A stretch of DNA of 52,154 nucleotides from Craspedostauros australis (GCA_030167865.1 JALAGF010000281.1:1-52154); one strand, 5' to 3'. Shown: positions 33,655 through 46,310, counted from the first letter of the stretch. Numbers and translations: made by a program. Notes: a model not told the origin generated them from the letters alone.

Positions 33655-36600
33655 CTACCGTGTAGCTCGTAGCGTCATTGCTGTTGTGAGCGGCGACGAA
33701 GTAGCCACCCGCTCTCTTCGACCATCATCATCACCACCGCCTTTCCTCGCAATCAGCTCATCCAGCTCGTCTTCTGGTTGCTCCGCTGCGTCTCGTTCTT
33801 CTCGGCGTCCACGCTGGATCACAGCTCCCACATCCTGCCGTTGTTGCTGCTCCGTGCCATGTGTCAGTCCCATTGCCTGTCCTCTCAACAATGTCGCACG
33901 TGTCGTTGATGTTGATGATGCCGATGGTGGAAGCGACAGTGGAGGCGACTGACGGCCTGCCTTGGACGTTTGACGCACGGATTTCCTCACCTTCTTGGAT
34001 CCCTTCGCGATCACCTTCTTCATCTTGTTCATGATGTGGAAGGCGCTGAAGGTCGGTGAACTTGACCGATGTCTGGGCGCGTGTGAATGTGAATGCGGCT
34101 GCGACCGCGTATGATCTCCGTTTCTCTTCCTCAGTTTCATACGGGCGCTTGCGTTCGGCTCTGCCGGAACCAATGCGCTCGATCCAATGCATCTGCCAAT
34201 GTCGTTCTGGGTGCTGGTGGCGACTCTCTGGCTATTCTGCAGATCAACTCTGGTGCTCTTGCCATCCACGGCCATGGCTGCGCTTCCCCCAACACTCTTC
34301 GCCGGTTGGGCATCCATTACAGCATGTGCCTCTGGCTCTGCCTCCGCTTCCGGCCTTGCCACCACCTCAACTTCATCCATTCCTGTCTCCGCATCTCCAT
34401 CGCCGTCCATGTGAATGTCGACTTTCCTTTTCGTCTGCGGAGTGGGTGGACCAGTCGGCTTATCGCATTCCAACAGCGCAGTGCGGGCACCAAAACGGAC
34501 CGCACGGTTGTCATTGGCGGCGCTCACAGGCGTCGGCGTCCTCGTGGCGCTGCTCTTCTCAAAGAACTTCTTGTGTTTGGCGCGCACCTTCTCGTCCAGA
34601 CTGGATCTGTACATGTAGCCCTGGTCGTGCAACGTCGCACTGTTCTTCTTGCCACCCATCATGATTCCCGCCTTGTCCATGGCTACGACAGCGAAGTGCC
34701 GCACCCATTGATGGCGTGAGGGTCTGCCATGCTTCGCGCTGGTTCGGCAGGAGTAGGACATGACGCTGCCCACCTGGGCGACCGTGGGGCAATACAGCTG
34801 CACAGTCTCCTTCCATTTCTTCTTGAGTTGGAGCTTGTGCCTGATGGTGGTGCTGTTGTTGCTGCTGCCGTTACTGTGTCTGGCGCTGATGGTTGATGGT
34901 GATACTTGGCCGCATGTCTCATCGGAGGTTGGCATCGGCACGCGATACGGACGTGGGACGGATTCCGCTAGAATCAGCCATTGAGACTGCTCCAATCGGC
35001 TGCTAGATGCTTTCAAGCCAGAAACGCTGCTATCCATCATGATCTCAAAGTCGGCATCTGCACTCATGCCAGAGTCCGCGCCCGCGTGGCTGCCGGTTCC
35101 AGTTGTTCCCGGCTTTTGGCTGCTGCTGCTTCGGATGCGGTTGGCTGGGAACGGCTTGGCTGTCAGAGAACGTATCCTGCGTTGGAACGGTACCCGTTCG
35201 GGATCGCTCTTTGACACACGAAGGTTGCGAGCTGCAACAAGGGCAGATGGCGCGGTGGAAATAGCGTCTCCGGCCACTTCCTCTGGAGTGATGGAGGTGG
35301 CTGCTACACTCGCTGTTTCATTGATGACCGACAACGCAGAGGCAAGTGGGGCTGTGCTTTCTGTCAATTCGATGCCCTCTTGACTCAACTGTTGCAGGGA
35401 ATGTTCTCCTTGTGTTGACGTTTTCTCGATGTCCTGCTCGTTTTGTTTCTCCTTTTTCTCTTCCTGCTCGAATCCATCTCTTTGGATCTGTTCTGTCAGT
35501 TGCGCATCATCATTTGTGTGCACAGGCTGAAGCTCACGCCTGCCCCCTATTCCACGGTGAGGCCCACGATCAGCCTTGGTGTACCTTCTGGGATACAGCT
35601 CTGTGGTCTGATCCATAACGCTTGCCAGAATCGAGTTAGTCTCGAAGGTGAGATGTGACTTGTACTCAGCCTTGGGCGTGGAAGCCGTCGGGATGAGGCT
35701 TGGGAGGTCGTGGAACACACTGTCGTTGTCCACGAAGGCCGATGCGGTGCTCGTTTCGCGTTGCTGCTTTTTCCCAAAGAGGGGCAAAGGGAAGGGAAGA
35801 CGGCGCTTGCTCCGAGCAGTTTGCTCTTCATCGCTGGGCGCATCCAGCGATGGGCTTTGCTCAATTGCACGAGCGGGTGCCGACGATCTCGCAAGGGCCG
35901 CTGGAGACGAATCCACGGCTGACTGCGCCATCGCGATGGACTTTTTAGATGTCTGTGGATGCGAATGTGGCGACTTGGCAGGCTTACCCATCGAACCCCT
36001 TCTTGTAGGCGCGTGCTCCACAGCATCGGAGCCACGAGCAAGATCGATCATCAGTTGGTTCTGTTTGTTCGTTGCGTGCCCGTGCCCCCTCATTGGGAAA
36101 GCATTTTCATGGCGGCTGGCCACGGTGCCGAGGTGGTTATTGGAGTTGTTCGTTTTGCAGGTTTTGTTGACGCTATCTGCAGGTGGTGGACAACGCATGG
36201 GGGCGCTCCTTTGATCTCTCGGATCCATGTTGAGTCGGAGCACGTCCTGCTCGTCCATGCTGTACAACAATGACCCTTCGGTTTTCAAGGAGGTTTGCTG
36301 CTGCTCAGCACCGACCGTGATGCCGCAATGGTCGTTGCCTCGAAGTGTTGTGCCAACACTGGGCCTCTTGGGAGCACGACCGATGATGCCGTTCACGGCT
36401 CCACAATTGCGGATGAACTGCGCGTGATCTTGACTGCCGGCACTCGTATCGTCCACGGTGTCTGCGTCGTCCCCATTCTCCTGCTGTTGGCGTCGATTCC
36501 TTTCGAGCAGGCTCCTCGCGTACTTGCCAAGCGGCTTGGGTGGAGTTCGCGGCGGCATCTTGGACCGCGATCTGAACTCGCGTCGGTTGGAACGCGACGT

Positions 36601-37350
36601 AGCTGGTGCTCGGTAGTCGTCCGTGGATGATGCAGTGGTGGTATCCGCGTCGGTGCTGGACTCGGCGGTCTGGTCGGAGACGTACGTGGATGAGCACGTC
36701 GATGACGACGTCGAAAGCGAGTCGCTGCAGGATGAGGAATCCCAGCGCTCGAGCGTGGAGCTGGTGCTGGTCTGAATCGAAAGCGTCGAGAATGATGTTC
36801 CATCCAAGCTCACCAACGTGCGAACATCGTTCACAAGGCCAGCCGCCGGGCTCCCGCCCGATGTAGGTGACAACCACGGTACGTCTGACATGCCGCCCTT
36901 TCTGTTTGACCCCAGCTTGCGGATCGCGCGACCCGGGAGACGCCTGTGCCTCTCCGACAGCTTCTTGCGAAAGTGAATGCTGCGGTTCACCTTGTCGTCG
37001 ACGAAGCTGCCTGCGTGGGTGATCGAATCCCCTTCATTGTAGTTGTTTCTTCCGCCCTGTTGCGTATCAGCGTTGGTGAAAAGGCTGCTGCGGGCATCAG
37101 AAACATCGTCGTCGTCATCGCCGTCGTCGTCGCTGCTGTCTTCTTCAAAGTTGCCATTCATGATGCTGGCAATGAGAGCGTTGACACCATCCGTGAGAGG
37201 TGGGAAGCGCGCTTGCGTGCTTTGGTCGTCGTCTCCGGTACGTCCCGACTCATCATCATCATCGTCATGATCGTCCGTGGCGACCACGCACGATGCATCG
37301 TGGCCGCATCGCAGGAACGACAGCTTGTCGATGTCAATGTACACCACCAT
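33655..37350 (-). CDS. Hypothetical, largely disordered Ser/Arg/Asp-rich protein, 1231 aa
   Basis: 3.7-kb ATG-initiated open frame preceded by an A/C-rich leader and followed by an AT-richer 3' region. No domain recognised. Confidence 0.75.
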   Translation of the reverse strand: MVVYIDIDKLSFLRCGHDASCVVATDDHDDDDDESGRTGDDDQSTQARFPPLTDGVNALIASIMNGNFEEDSSDDDGDDDDDVSDARSSLFTNADTQQGGRNNYNEGDSITHAGSFVDDKVNRSIHFRKKLSERHRRLPGRAIRKLGSNRKGGMSDVPWLSPTSGGSPAAGLVNDVRTLVSLDGTSFSTLSIQTSTSSTLERWDSSSCSDSLSTSSSTCSSTYVSDQTAESSTDADTTTASSTDDYRAPATSRSNRREFRSRSKMPPRTPPKPLGKYARSLLERNRRQQQENGDDADTVDDTSAGSQDHAQFIRNCGAVNGIIGRAPKRPSVGTTLRGNDHCGITVGAEQQQTSLKTEGSLLYSMDEQDVLRLNMDPRDQRSAPMRCPPPADSVNKTCKTNNSNNHLGTVASRHENAFPMRGHGHATNKQNQLMIDLARGSDAVEHAPTRRGSMGKPAKSPHSHPQTSKKSIAMAQSAVDSSPAALARSSAPARAIEQSPSLDAPSDEEQTARSKRRLPFPLPLFGKKQQRETSTASAFVDNDSVFHDLPSLIPTASTPKAEYKSHLTFETNSILASVMDQTTELYPRRYTKADRGPHRGIGGRRELQPVHTNDDAQLTEQIQRDGFEQEEKKEKQNEQDIEKTSTQGEHSLQQLSQEGIELTESTAPLASALSVINETASVAATSITPEEVAGDAISTAPSALVAARNLRVSKSDPERVPFQRRIRSLTAKPFPANRIRSSSSQKPGTTGTGSHAGADSGMSADADFEIMMDSSVSGLKASSSRLEQSQWLILAESVPRPYRVPMPTSDETCGQVSPSTISARHSNGSSNNSTTIRHKLQLKKKWKETVQLYCPTVAQVGSVMSYSCRTSAKHGRPSRHQWVRHFAVVAMDKAGIMMGGKKNSATLHDQGYMYRSSLDEKVRAKHKKFFEKSSATRTPTPVSAANDNRAVRFGARTALLECDKPTGPPTPQTKRKVDIHMDGDGDAETGMDEVEVVARPEAEAEPEAHAVMDAQPAKSVGGSAAMAVDGKSTRVDLQNSQRVATSTQNDIGRCIGSSALVPAEPNASARMKLRKRNGDHTRSQPHSHSHAPRHRSSSPTFSAFHIMNKMKKVIAKGSKKVRKSVRQTSKAGRQSPPLSLPPSASSTSTTRATLLRGQAMGLTHGTEQQQRQDVGAVIQRGRREERDAAEQPEDELDELIARKGGGDDDGRRERVATSSPLTTAMTLRATR

Positions 37351-38373
37351 GCTTCAATCGTTTACTGTTGCTTCTGACTTTGCTTCTGACTATGCTTCTA
37401 CGATTGCTTATCTGTGGTCTGGTGCAGAACTCTCGCTGTGTTTGCTCTTCTGTGCATTGCGATGCTACGCTGCTGCTGATGTGATGTGATGTGATGTGGT
37501 GCACTCTCTCACTTTCTATCTCTCTCACGTTCTCACACTCTCCAATGTACCTTCTTGTGTTCACAGCATGTGCTCCATTGAGTGGAATGTGTGAATGAGG
37601 AGTGGTGGGAGATGATTGCAACACCAGAAGATGTTCCTTCAGCATGCTCGTTGTTTGGTATCACTCAACCCCTGACCAGTTGCCATCCTCGTACAAAGCG
37701 AGATCCGAACGCGTGTGCGTCGACAGGAAGCAACTGCCATACTACTACTCCACAACGAGTCCAACATCTCTGATACTCGACGATTGGAATCAAAGAACAC
37801 ACCAACCGCCACCACCACCAAACCATGAGACGAGCTGACATGCGATGTCATACCAACTGCCGAATTGGTGAGCAACATCAAACCCAACGTAAACAATGAT
37901 CGCCCATGAGCGTCTGCGCGTTGCGCTGGAATCTCTCAACAGACGACCACCCTAAATGTGCAGAAGTTACAATGAGTGACATGGCGCACCTCCCACATCA
38001 ACATGCATCGCCAGAGTTTCTTCAAAAAATGAAGCGAACGTTCCAAACTCGAACCCCTCGATTCAAACGGAATCGTCCTACTCGCGACTGAAGGTCGAGC
38101 CGTAAATCCTGTATGACGTCACTCTCCTCCACTTTATTGTTCAGGGAGAACGTGCATAGCACGGGTGCCGGAAGGATGACATCTTTGAAGATCGAAGTGC
38201 TGCGGCGCTCTATTACAAGTATTCCATTACATTATAGAATAGAATATATTATATTATAGAATACTATACTACTGTTATTCATTGTCAGAGCAGCATCACC
38301 TTGACCATCACGTGTCTCTGCATTTCTCGCTCTCTCTCTCCATCTGCATCTGCATCTGCATCATGTGCGACGC

Positions 38374-39513
38374 TCACGAAAGCGCGGTGTACGCCATGTT
38401 CAACAAGATGGTCCCCAAGATCACAGCGTCGGTGGTGAACAGCGCATTGTATGACCAATGCCTGCCGCTTCCACCCCGTGACGACGCGCCGCTCTGCATC
38501 GTCGGATTCTGCGAGGGGCTTGCCGACGGTGCGAACGTCGCCCCCACCAGGGCCGGAGAGATGCCGACGAAGGAATCGCCGAACTCCGTGGAATTTGTCA
38601 GCATCTCCAGGTAGACCGCGAGATCTTCCTCCGTGGCGAACGGGAGCTTCACGAAGGCCTCCTCCGACACGATGCCCTGGCTCTCCAGCTTGGTGAGGTC
38701 GCCAAAGTACGTCAGGATCACATCCCACAGCACGGTGAACGACATGAAGTTCTGCATCGCCGCAGCGTCGCTCGAGCTCTGCACGCTGATGATGCCGGTC
38801 TCGACGCGCGTCACTTGGATGAGCACGTTGGTGATCTTCACGACGTCCCGCACAATGTCAGACGTCTCGTAGAAGCGGATGATGTACGCCGTGGTGATGT
38901 CGATGAATGCTTGCGTGGGGAAGATGTCCCCCGTCTCGCCGCTATCCACTCCCGTCATGTTGCGTCGAAGCTCCGTCATGAGTCCTTTGAAGGTGCTGGA
39001 GCGAAACCCGACCGAGATGCTGATGGGGGATTCGGAGGGGCGCAACGACGGTTCCGGGGTGCATGGCACTGTCCTGTTGATCGTCACCGTCTCAGTAATG
39101 TTGATCATGCCTGTGATGTTAGTCATGTTAGTCATGTTACTGTGGCCATCCATGTCAGTGACGTTGACCTCCACAGTCTCGTAGCAGACCAACGGAACGG
39201 ATGGCATGGCCGTCGGTTGCATACTCGGCATCGCTGATGGTGCATGCGTCTCGTTCGTTGTTTGAGTTCCATTGGTACTGTTGGCGCTGTTGGAAGATGC
39301 GTCTGCTTCGAACACATTGATGTCGAGCGCCCCGTCCGCACGAAGCTCGGCGTGGGTCTGCGCGAGCATGATGCTGCACAGCAACAGCAACATCGGGAAG
39401 AATGGCGTCCCCAGTCTTGACCTCCATCTTGACGCTGGTGCTGCCATCGGCATCGACATTGGCATTTGCATTGATGTGGAAGATAGCGTTGACGTTGGCA
39501 TTGGACGAGCCAT
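38374..39513 (-). CDS. Secreted, probably GPI-anchored or tail-anchored cell-surface glycoprotein with PS/PT repeats, up to 379 aa
   Basis: Signal-peptide-like FFPMLLLLCSIMLAQTHA, diatom-type PSAMPSMQPTAMPS and APSASPSQNPT repeats flanking a globular domain of about 150 aa, many NxT/S sequons, and a hydrophobic C-terminus (AVILGTILLNMAYTALS) after SGAS. Several possible start ATGs. Confidence 0.8.
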   Translation of the reverse strand: MARPMPTSTLSSTSMQMPMSMPMAAPASRWRSRLGTPFFPMLLLLCSIMLAQTHAELRADGALDINVFEADASSNSANSTNGTQTTNETHAPSAMPSMQPTAMPSVPLVCYETVEVNVTDMDGHSNMTNMTNITGMINITETVTINRTVPCTPEPSLRPSESPISISVGFRSSTFKGLMTELRRNMTGVDSGETGDIFPTQAFIDITTAYIIRFYETSDIVRDVVKITNVLIQVTRVETGIISVQSSSDAAAMQNFMSFTVLWDVILTYFGDLTKLESQGIVSEEAFVKLPFATEEDLAVYLEMLTNSTEFGDSFVGISPALVGATFAPSASPSQNPTMQSGASSRGGSGRHWSYNALFTTDAVILGTILLNMAYTALS

Positions 39514-41912
39514 GACGAATGTATTCCGATGAAGTCGATGTCGTATGTACGTCGTCCCAGGCTGTGAATGGGCTTTTGAGATTCAATTGATTGCTCTGTG
39601 CGGATCGAGGGCCAGCAACTGCGGATGTGTTCGTTGCAATAATGGTTGCGCGTTGTAGTGAATGTCTTGAAGAATGCCGTCTTCTGCAAAAGCGTAGCTG
39701 AGGAACTTGGTTTTGTGAAAGTCGTGGCTCGTTTTCATTCTCGAGGTGGAACGAGCAATGAACAACTGCAGCAAGTTCGTTCGCAAGATTGACCAGGACA
39801 GGCGCTGTTCTGTTCAGTACTGACACCGACGACCTGCGAGTGCCAACAACAGGGAACAAAGACAATGTCGACGGCAGTAGCAGTAGCAGCCGTCGCAACC
39901 GTAACAGCGGCAGAAAAGATGATACAGGCAGATCTTACACCGGATTCTTTTGTCTTCCCTTCGTCCATCAATCTTGTTTCTGATGATTCGTGTGAACCTT
40001 GCAAAGAATTTGTGAATGAGACCCGCCCAACAGGTTTAGCGTTGAAAAGACGTTATATTTGAGAACTGACAGTCGGAGTTGGAGCTGGAACATCAACAGG
40101 AAGCGAATGGAAAAATGTATCAGAAACTCCTTCTTTGGCAAAAATGAGGAAAACAAGAGAATGAGATGGAAATGGCCACACGGTCGACTTACGGACGTTT
40201 TAAAAGACACATAGAAAAGGCAACGCAGAAACATGTCGACAACGAAATGAGAATCAAACACACAGAATGGATGGACTAATTAGTGAATGGTACTGTAGTT
40301 GTACTTGCCAAAGCGAAGGTGGATGCTGGCGGGATACTGAACTGTTCACTCATTCACCCGTCTTACAGCCGCACATGATTCTGTCAAGAGGGCAGCGGCA
40401 ACAACGCCATCCTCATCTACACGGACACACATCTGGGATGTGTATCATGGCGAAGAGCGCAATCATCAGACGCTTTTCTCGATCTCAAATTCCTCGTCAG
40501 AGCACGATGCAGGTACCACGTCGATCCAAGCAAGTCTGCTCGACGAGGATGTGCCGTGCGAGCACGGATAGCCTTCCGGACAACGACGTCTCGAAGCCAA
40601 TCCCACAATGATGGAGGACAGATACTGAACGACGGTCCTCCGAGAACGCCTTTTTCCGGTGTTCGTCACCCCGCGGGTAACTTCACATGGTCCCGCTCAC
40701 ACGACCACAACAACCTATTCTACGATCTGATCCTTGCACAGTGTGAAGGAGCAGGCACGATGCGAAAGAATACGAGTACGACTACGAGTACGTGGTCCCT
40801 TCCCGCGAGAAGCGCTGGATTGGTCTGAACAGTGAGTGCATCATCCACACGCACCTGCGTACAATGCCCTGCAGACGGTATCAATGAGAAGAGCGCCCTC
40901 TTCCTTCACCCTCCCTCTACGTGATTTGCGCAGACATCGCACTCCGCTTCGCACAGTGTGTCACCAGGTTTGGTTTTTCTCTGCTCACACTCACATGAAG
41001 ATGATAGTCTCAGAGTGGGCAGACCGTACCTACACACTGCTTGACTCTGTCGCGGCAGAGCACGCAGAGATAAGGCTTGCTGATACAGTGGTGCAACCGT
41101 CTATTATGTATGCGAACGTGACTCGTGTGGTACTCTGCTCTGCGAGCATGCGGAGAACCAGCAGAGAGTAATTCTGCCTGTCTCTGCAAATAGCCAGAAT
41201 TTTGTCTCTGAGAAGTTTGGGAAAACGGAGAAGTACCACGTCGCCATTCACCAGGTTCTCGCCGCACCCCTCCCCTCCCCAAAACCTCCTTCGTGAACAA
41301 CGAAAACATGCGTGCCATTGCCACCTGCTGGTGGATTGGGACAAAGAAGGAAGCTTCGATTGCGCACTCTGTTTTGCCAGAGCCGCACGCCTTGGCAATC
41401 GCTACTGCATACAGGAAAGCGAGGGGGTGAAGTAATGAAAACGGTTTCTGTTCTGGACGTCGAACCAACCTCGGAGTTAGCTGGTGTCGGGTGCGAGGAG
41501 ACAATTTCATCGCAGAGTCGAGGAAGTTTGGAATGGAGAAGAACGCGAAGTTGACTCCTTCAAACCAAGGTCTCTCTCCTCCTTCTCTCTGGAAAGGCAG
41601 AGAGTAGAACTACGAACTACAGGCTGCCATGGTATACTTGCTTCCGTCGGAAGGAAGACGATGTGGGGCGGAAGTTTGCGAACGGTGTGCGAGCTACCAC
41701 ACGACGACTCCGGCAATTGCGCCGAAGTGCGCTTCCGCCTTTGACCTGTTGGTGTTGACAGCACCCACATGAAAAGCACAAGGTTGGTTCGCTGTCACCA
41801 TCCCGACAAACCCGGATGTTCGATCCACCGACAGGTCAAGTCGAGTCCATGCAAGCTGGGAGATGGCGTGGATTCTCGCCAAGATGTTGCTGTCAGTGCA
41901 GGGCGGCTCCGT

Positions 41913-41948
41913 GCCCCATACCCCATGCCCCATGCCCCATGCCCCATG
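41913..41948 (+). repeat. (GCCCCAT)n heptamer repeat, about 5 copies with one variant
   Basis: Read directly. Confidence 0.8.
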
Positions 41949-42435
41949 TATGGAATAATATGTGCATAGAGAGTAGAATAGAGTAGCATAGTGCTCGTGC
42001 GCACCAAATCGTATAATGCTATTCTACGAGCTACGCTTATCTCACCATGCAGAGCTGAGGGGAACAATGCGGAACCTCGCCGGTGGTTGCCTCATGTCGC
42101 GACAAGTCGATCCTCACCCACGAGTGACTCGCTGCAGAATGAAATGATTACCTGGGCTTTGCATGGAGTGCACGGCATAGTATGCAGAGTATGGTGCACA
42201 CTCGTACGCTGCTCTATGGTACTGTGCTCCACAAACGCTACGCTCTGCCGGAAATCGGAAAACAAGTGCAAGTTTCAAGTGAAGAGTGTAGTGTAGTATA
42301 GTGTAGTGTAGTTCAGTCGAGTGGAGAAGGGCGCTTTGTAGAGGACAGCAGCCGCCCATCCAATGCGTACTGCACACTGACGTACTCACACATATTACCA
42401 GGTAGCACAGTTGGCACCTTTTCGTTGTTGAAGCA

Positions 42436-42476
42436 ATCCATCCATCCATCCATCCATCCATCCATTCATCCATCCA
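42436..42476 (+). repeat. (ATCC)n microsatellite
   Basis: About 10 copies with one mismatch. Confidence 0.85.
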
Positions 42477-43881
42477 CCTGCCTGTCCCCTTCCAATCCGT
42501 TTCAATCCAGCCGACATTCGAGCAACAGCACAGTGCTCTTCACTATTTGTACTGGCGTGGACGGCGTGGTGCCGGCATCAACCATCCAACACAACGAGCG
42601 CGTCATCCGGATACGAGACCAAAAGTGAAGAGAAGAACACTGCGATGAACCTGCTGCAAAGTCACACAACCGAGCGACCTTGCTCGAATGAGTTTGTACG
42701 TACGGTACAAGTGCATTAGACACTTGCGACCAACCACACGACCACACCAGCGAATTCGAATGGCCGAGTGATATATCCGCTTCATTATGATTGGGGAAGT
42801 GACACTTTAATCGTCTTGTGTCCAGCGCATGACGTTGGTGACAACCGTGGAATACCCACGCACAAGAAAGTAGCATTCCAAAACGTCATTGGTGCCTTTT
42901 CTGGATACCGGTTTGCCGACCAACCACGTATGCTTATTCGCAAAGACAACGCCACGCGATCCGCGGTGCGACATTAACGATGGTGACCTTATCCACGAAG
43001 AATTCACGTCTTGACACATCGCTTCGCGCTCTGTCCGGCAGGCTTGTTCTTCAGTTGTCAACGGAGGCTATTGCTATTTGCTGATCTCGTCGGTCTAGTG
43101 CCGTTTTTCGACGTTTGCTGGATGAGCGATGTCTTGAACAGCCACAACCAGCATGTACGTGTGTCATGTAACACGAAGGGCGTGTCTTTCTTGTCAAAAA
43201 GAAGGCATACGTAAAACGCTCATGGTTCCGACGAACCAGCCGTCGTAGTACTCCAGTGGTATGTGCCTCGTACTAACTTTGTGTACAAAGCACTTCTCCT
43301 GCTGATGCGAGGGCACAATCAAAGCGCTCATGGTCGAAGTTGTTGCCACGGCGAAACAAAAGGCCGAAATTCGTCTCCTTCTGTTGCCCTCGTGGCGCAG
43401 ACAGGAGTGTCAACCGCAAACATCTTCTTCGTGCCGCATGTCGACACAACACGACGCAACAACATGGAGCACCGACGTATCTAAACGTGTGTGCACCAAT
43501 CCCGTAGCTCGTAGCTATTATACCATGGTACATACTCGTGGTCTCGCGAGAGAAAGAGGTTGAGCACAGACAGCTCCACGTGCCAATCCAAACACCACCA
43601 CATTGGCCACACTTCCTCGCGTCTCTCGGAAAGCTCACAAAAAGAGAAAGAAGCAAGTGCAACACCAACGACAACATCCTCTCCCTGCCTCAAGATCAAT
43701 CATGCCCAGCAACAACAACAACAACAACAACCAACAACGAAACAGCAGCAACTCGCCCTGCGAGCAACATCGGAGCTGGGACTTCAACGAAGGATCAGCG
43801 CTCTGGGCTTCCGCACAGGAGCGCGTGCAGCAAAACGAGGGATCTTCCGCTGCCAGCAGATCTGACACCAACGATCGGAGC

Positions 43882-44424
43882 ATGAGTGTAAACCATGCAG
43901 CCTACTTGACGGCGATCGCTGCCCAGGATCTGCTGGCAGGCTCAGCGTCCCAGCAAGCCCTGCTATTGCATCTCGGGTGGAACCTGCAGAGTGATGGACA
44001 AAGCCACCACAACTACAACCACCGCCACTACCACCGCCACTACCACCGTCAGCAGCAGCAGCAGCAGCAACAACAGCATCAACATCTGCACGAAAGCCAA
44101 GCCATGATTGACAATACCATTCTCCAAGCCTCCTCAACGTTTGCTTCGACGATGAGCGGAGATCAAGCTAGGAGAGATCTGAACATGGAGATAGCTCTGG
44201 ACTCTCTCGAATCAGAGCTTGCTGGAGAAAGTGAAGGAGACGCCAGGCGTCGGATAATCACCATCATCGACGACACGCTCGACCTCATATCGGATGATGA
44301 CGGCGACCTCTTCGCAACCACGCTCGGATACGAAAGCGACCACACGGACGCCAATCCAACAGCAAATGCCTCCGTTTCCTACTCCGCATGCTCGTCTATA
44401 CGCCGCTGGCATCACACTCGCTGA
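43882..44424 (+). CDS. Small hypothetical protein (about 180 aa) with His/Gln tract and acidic amphipathic helix
   Basis: Within ORF 43603..44424, ATG at 43882 (alternative at 43702) after an A/C-rich leader. Protein-like C-terminal part ARRRIITIIDDTLDLISDDDGDLF. Confidence 0.55.
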   Translation: MSVNHAAYLTAIAAQDLLAGSASQQALLLHLGWNLQSDGQSHHNYNHRHYHRHYHRQQQQQQQQQHQHLHESQAMIDNTILQASSTFASTMSGDQARRDLNMEIALDSLESELAGESEGDARRRIITIIDDTLDLISDDDGDLFATTLGYESDHTDANPTANASVSYSACSSIRRWHHTR

Positions 44425-46310
44425 TAGAAGAGTTGATGCTGACAACAGCAGTCGTATGTCATGGTGGCCAACTATGGCGGTGGCAATCAGCATTCACTCC
44501 ATACTTCATGTTCAATCACGCTTGCGTAAATCGTATCATAAACTCCCATCATATAGTAGCAAAGCTCAAACTGCCGTGGAGTCCTCTAGAGTAATCATAC
44601 TCGTTCCACACTAAAAATAATAGTACAGGCTCTTCAACTTCCTTGTCCGCCGGAGCGTACGAGTAGGTACGAGTGTGCCATGCCTCCTCGCGTGCCATCG
44701 GTTCAATAATCGTCGCGGCCGTCCCATGCCTCCACTCTCTCCAGAGGCAGATGCGCACGAATAGTGCGCTGCCATACTACTAGCACGCAGCACATATATA
44801 CCATGCCATCTGCTGTTGTGGCGGTGGCCGACTCTTTGGCCAGCCTCACCCCATGGGACCTTCGCCCACCCACCGCCCTGTTCGGGATCGACTCCTGCCA
44901 ACCAAATCCCCCCAAACCGATTCGTCCCAAAGTCACCCATTCCATCGATCCTTGGCCAATCGCGCGAGTTGCTCTGGAGGAAATAGGACGATGTGCTTAC
45001 CGACGAGGACTCGAGAGAGTCCCCCCACAGAGCACCAGGAGCAAAAGAAAGCTGCTGATGCCGATTATGGCACACAACGCAAAGCGCCCCTCTATACGCG
45101 TACGCGCATGCAGAACACCAGCAGAACACCTCTGAGCACAGATGCATCTGTGCATCGACGGCGACAGGGGGAAGTTGTTAGCGGGTAGTTCCCATGCGCG
45201 GAAGTGATAGAGGAAAGGCACGGCGCAACAGAGGTGCACACTTTCGTATCATACTCTCTCTAGATAGATCGTACCGTTTCACACATGCTCTGCACAGTGG
45301 ATGAAGGAAGCGCACCATACCACTGAACGCCGACAAGAAGAGAGATGTGGTACCGACGTTGGCATCAGACGTACGAATACGATCTGAAGGTGGATGCCTG
45401 TACCCACCTGTAGATACGCGTACACCACCCAACTCATGGTCGCACAATGCGTAATATCTTCGCCATCCCATCTCCTGCATGGCCGACGCAACTGGAGAGG
45501 TAACCTCTACTCGTACGAGGAGAGAGAGAGAGACGTATCTCCTTCTTCGCAAATGCACCACCATAGCGTTCGGATTGCTGATGCCGTACCATACGCAATC
45601 TGTCATCGTATCGCACCACTATTTCCATCTCAGATTCAATACACAGCAACGAGAGGAAGGCAACAAACCTCCCTGACCCGCCTTGGTTGTTCATAACTGA
45701 AGTGGAAGTACCCGGCGTACGTTCATGGCAATTCCCACATGATATTAGTTTATATGTCACTACTTGTGCGCACTCTTCCATACGAGTCGACGCACCATCG
45801 TACAAGTGCCAGGAGATGAAAGGGTTTCATTGTATCCCATCCCATCGACAATCTACTGTCTGGATGGCGCGGGCAACTGCGACTGCTTCTGCTGGAACTC
45901 GGTGCCGAGCGCATTCCTCCGCGAATCTCATGTTCCTTCAGATCTGCGATGCTCTGGAACAGAGTACAGTCGAGAAGAGGAAACTCTCTCAAACCTCCCG
46001 AACATTGAATTCAATTGATACCACCAATTCGTCATGCTCATGTACATGTACATGTACATGTACATGCTCATGCGCATCTCATGAACTCAAGGCGCGCTCT
46101 ACACTCGAATGCAGTGTATAATATGTGCTGGCATGAATTACATTATATGATTTGAAAAATCTATTGCATCCATTCTATCTATATTAAGTGCTATTGCACA
46201 TTACAAGCATGACAGGTTGTTCCAAAATCATCGTCAAATCACTGTTGTGCCAACAGTAAATGATGGGTGCATCTATCAGTGCTCGCGTCATAGAATACGT
46301 TCCTGGTATG

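Noticed and set aside
39900-43600. Many short ORFs in a 3.7-kb spacer
   Set aside because: None shows homology cues or coding bias. Treated as regulatory or intergenic DNA.
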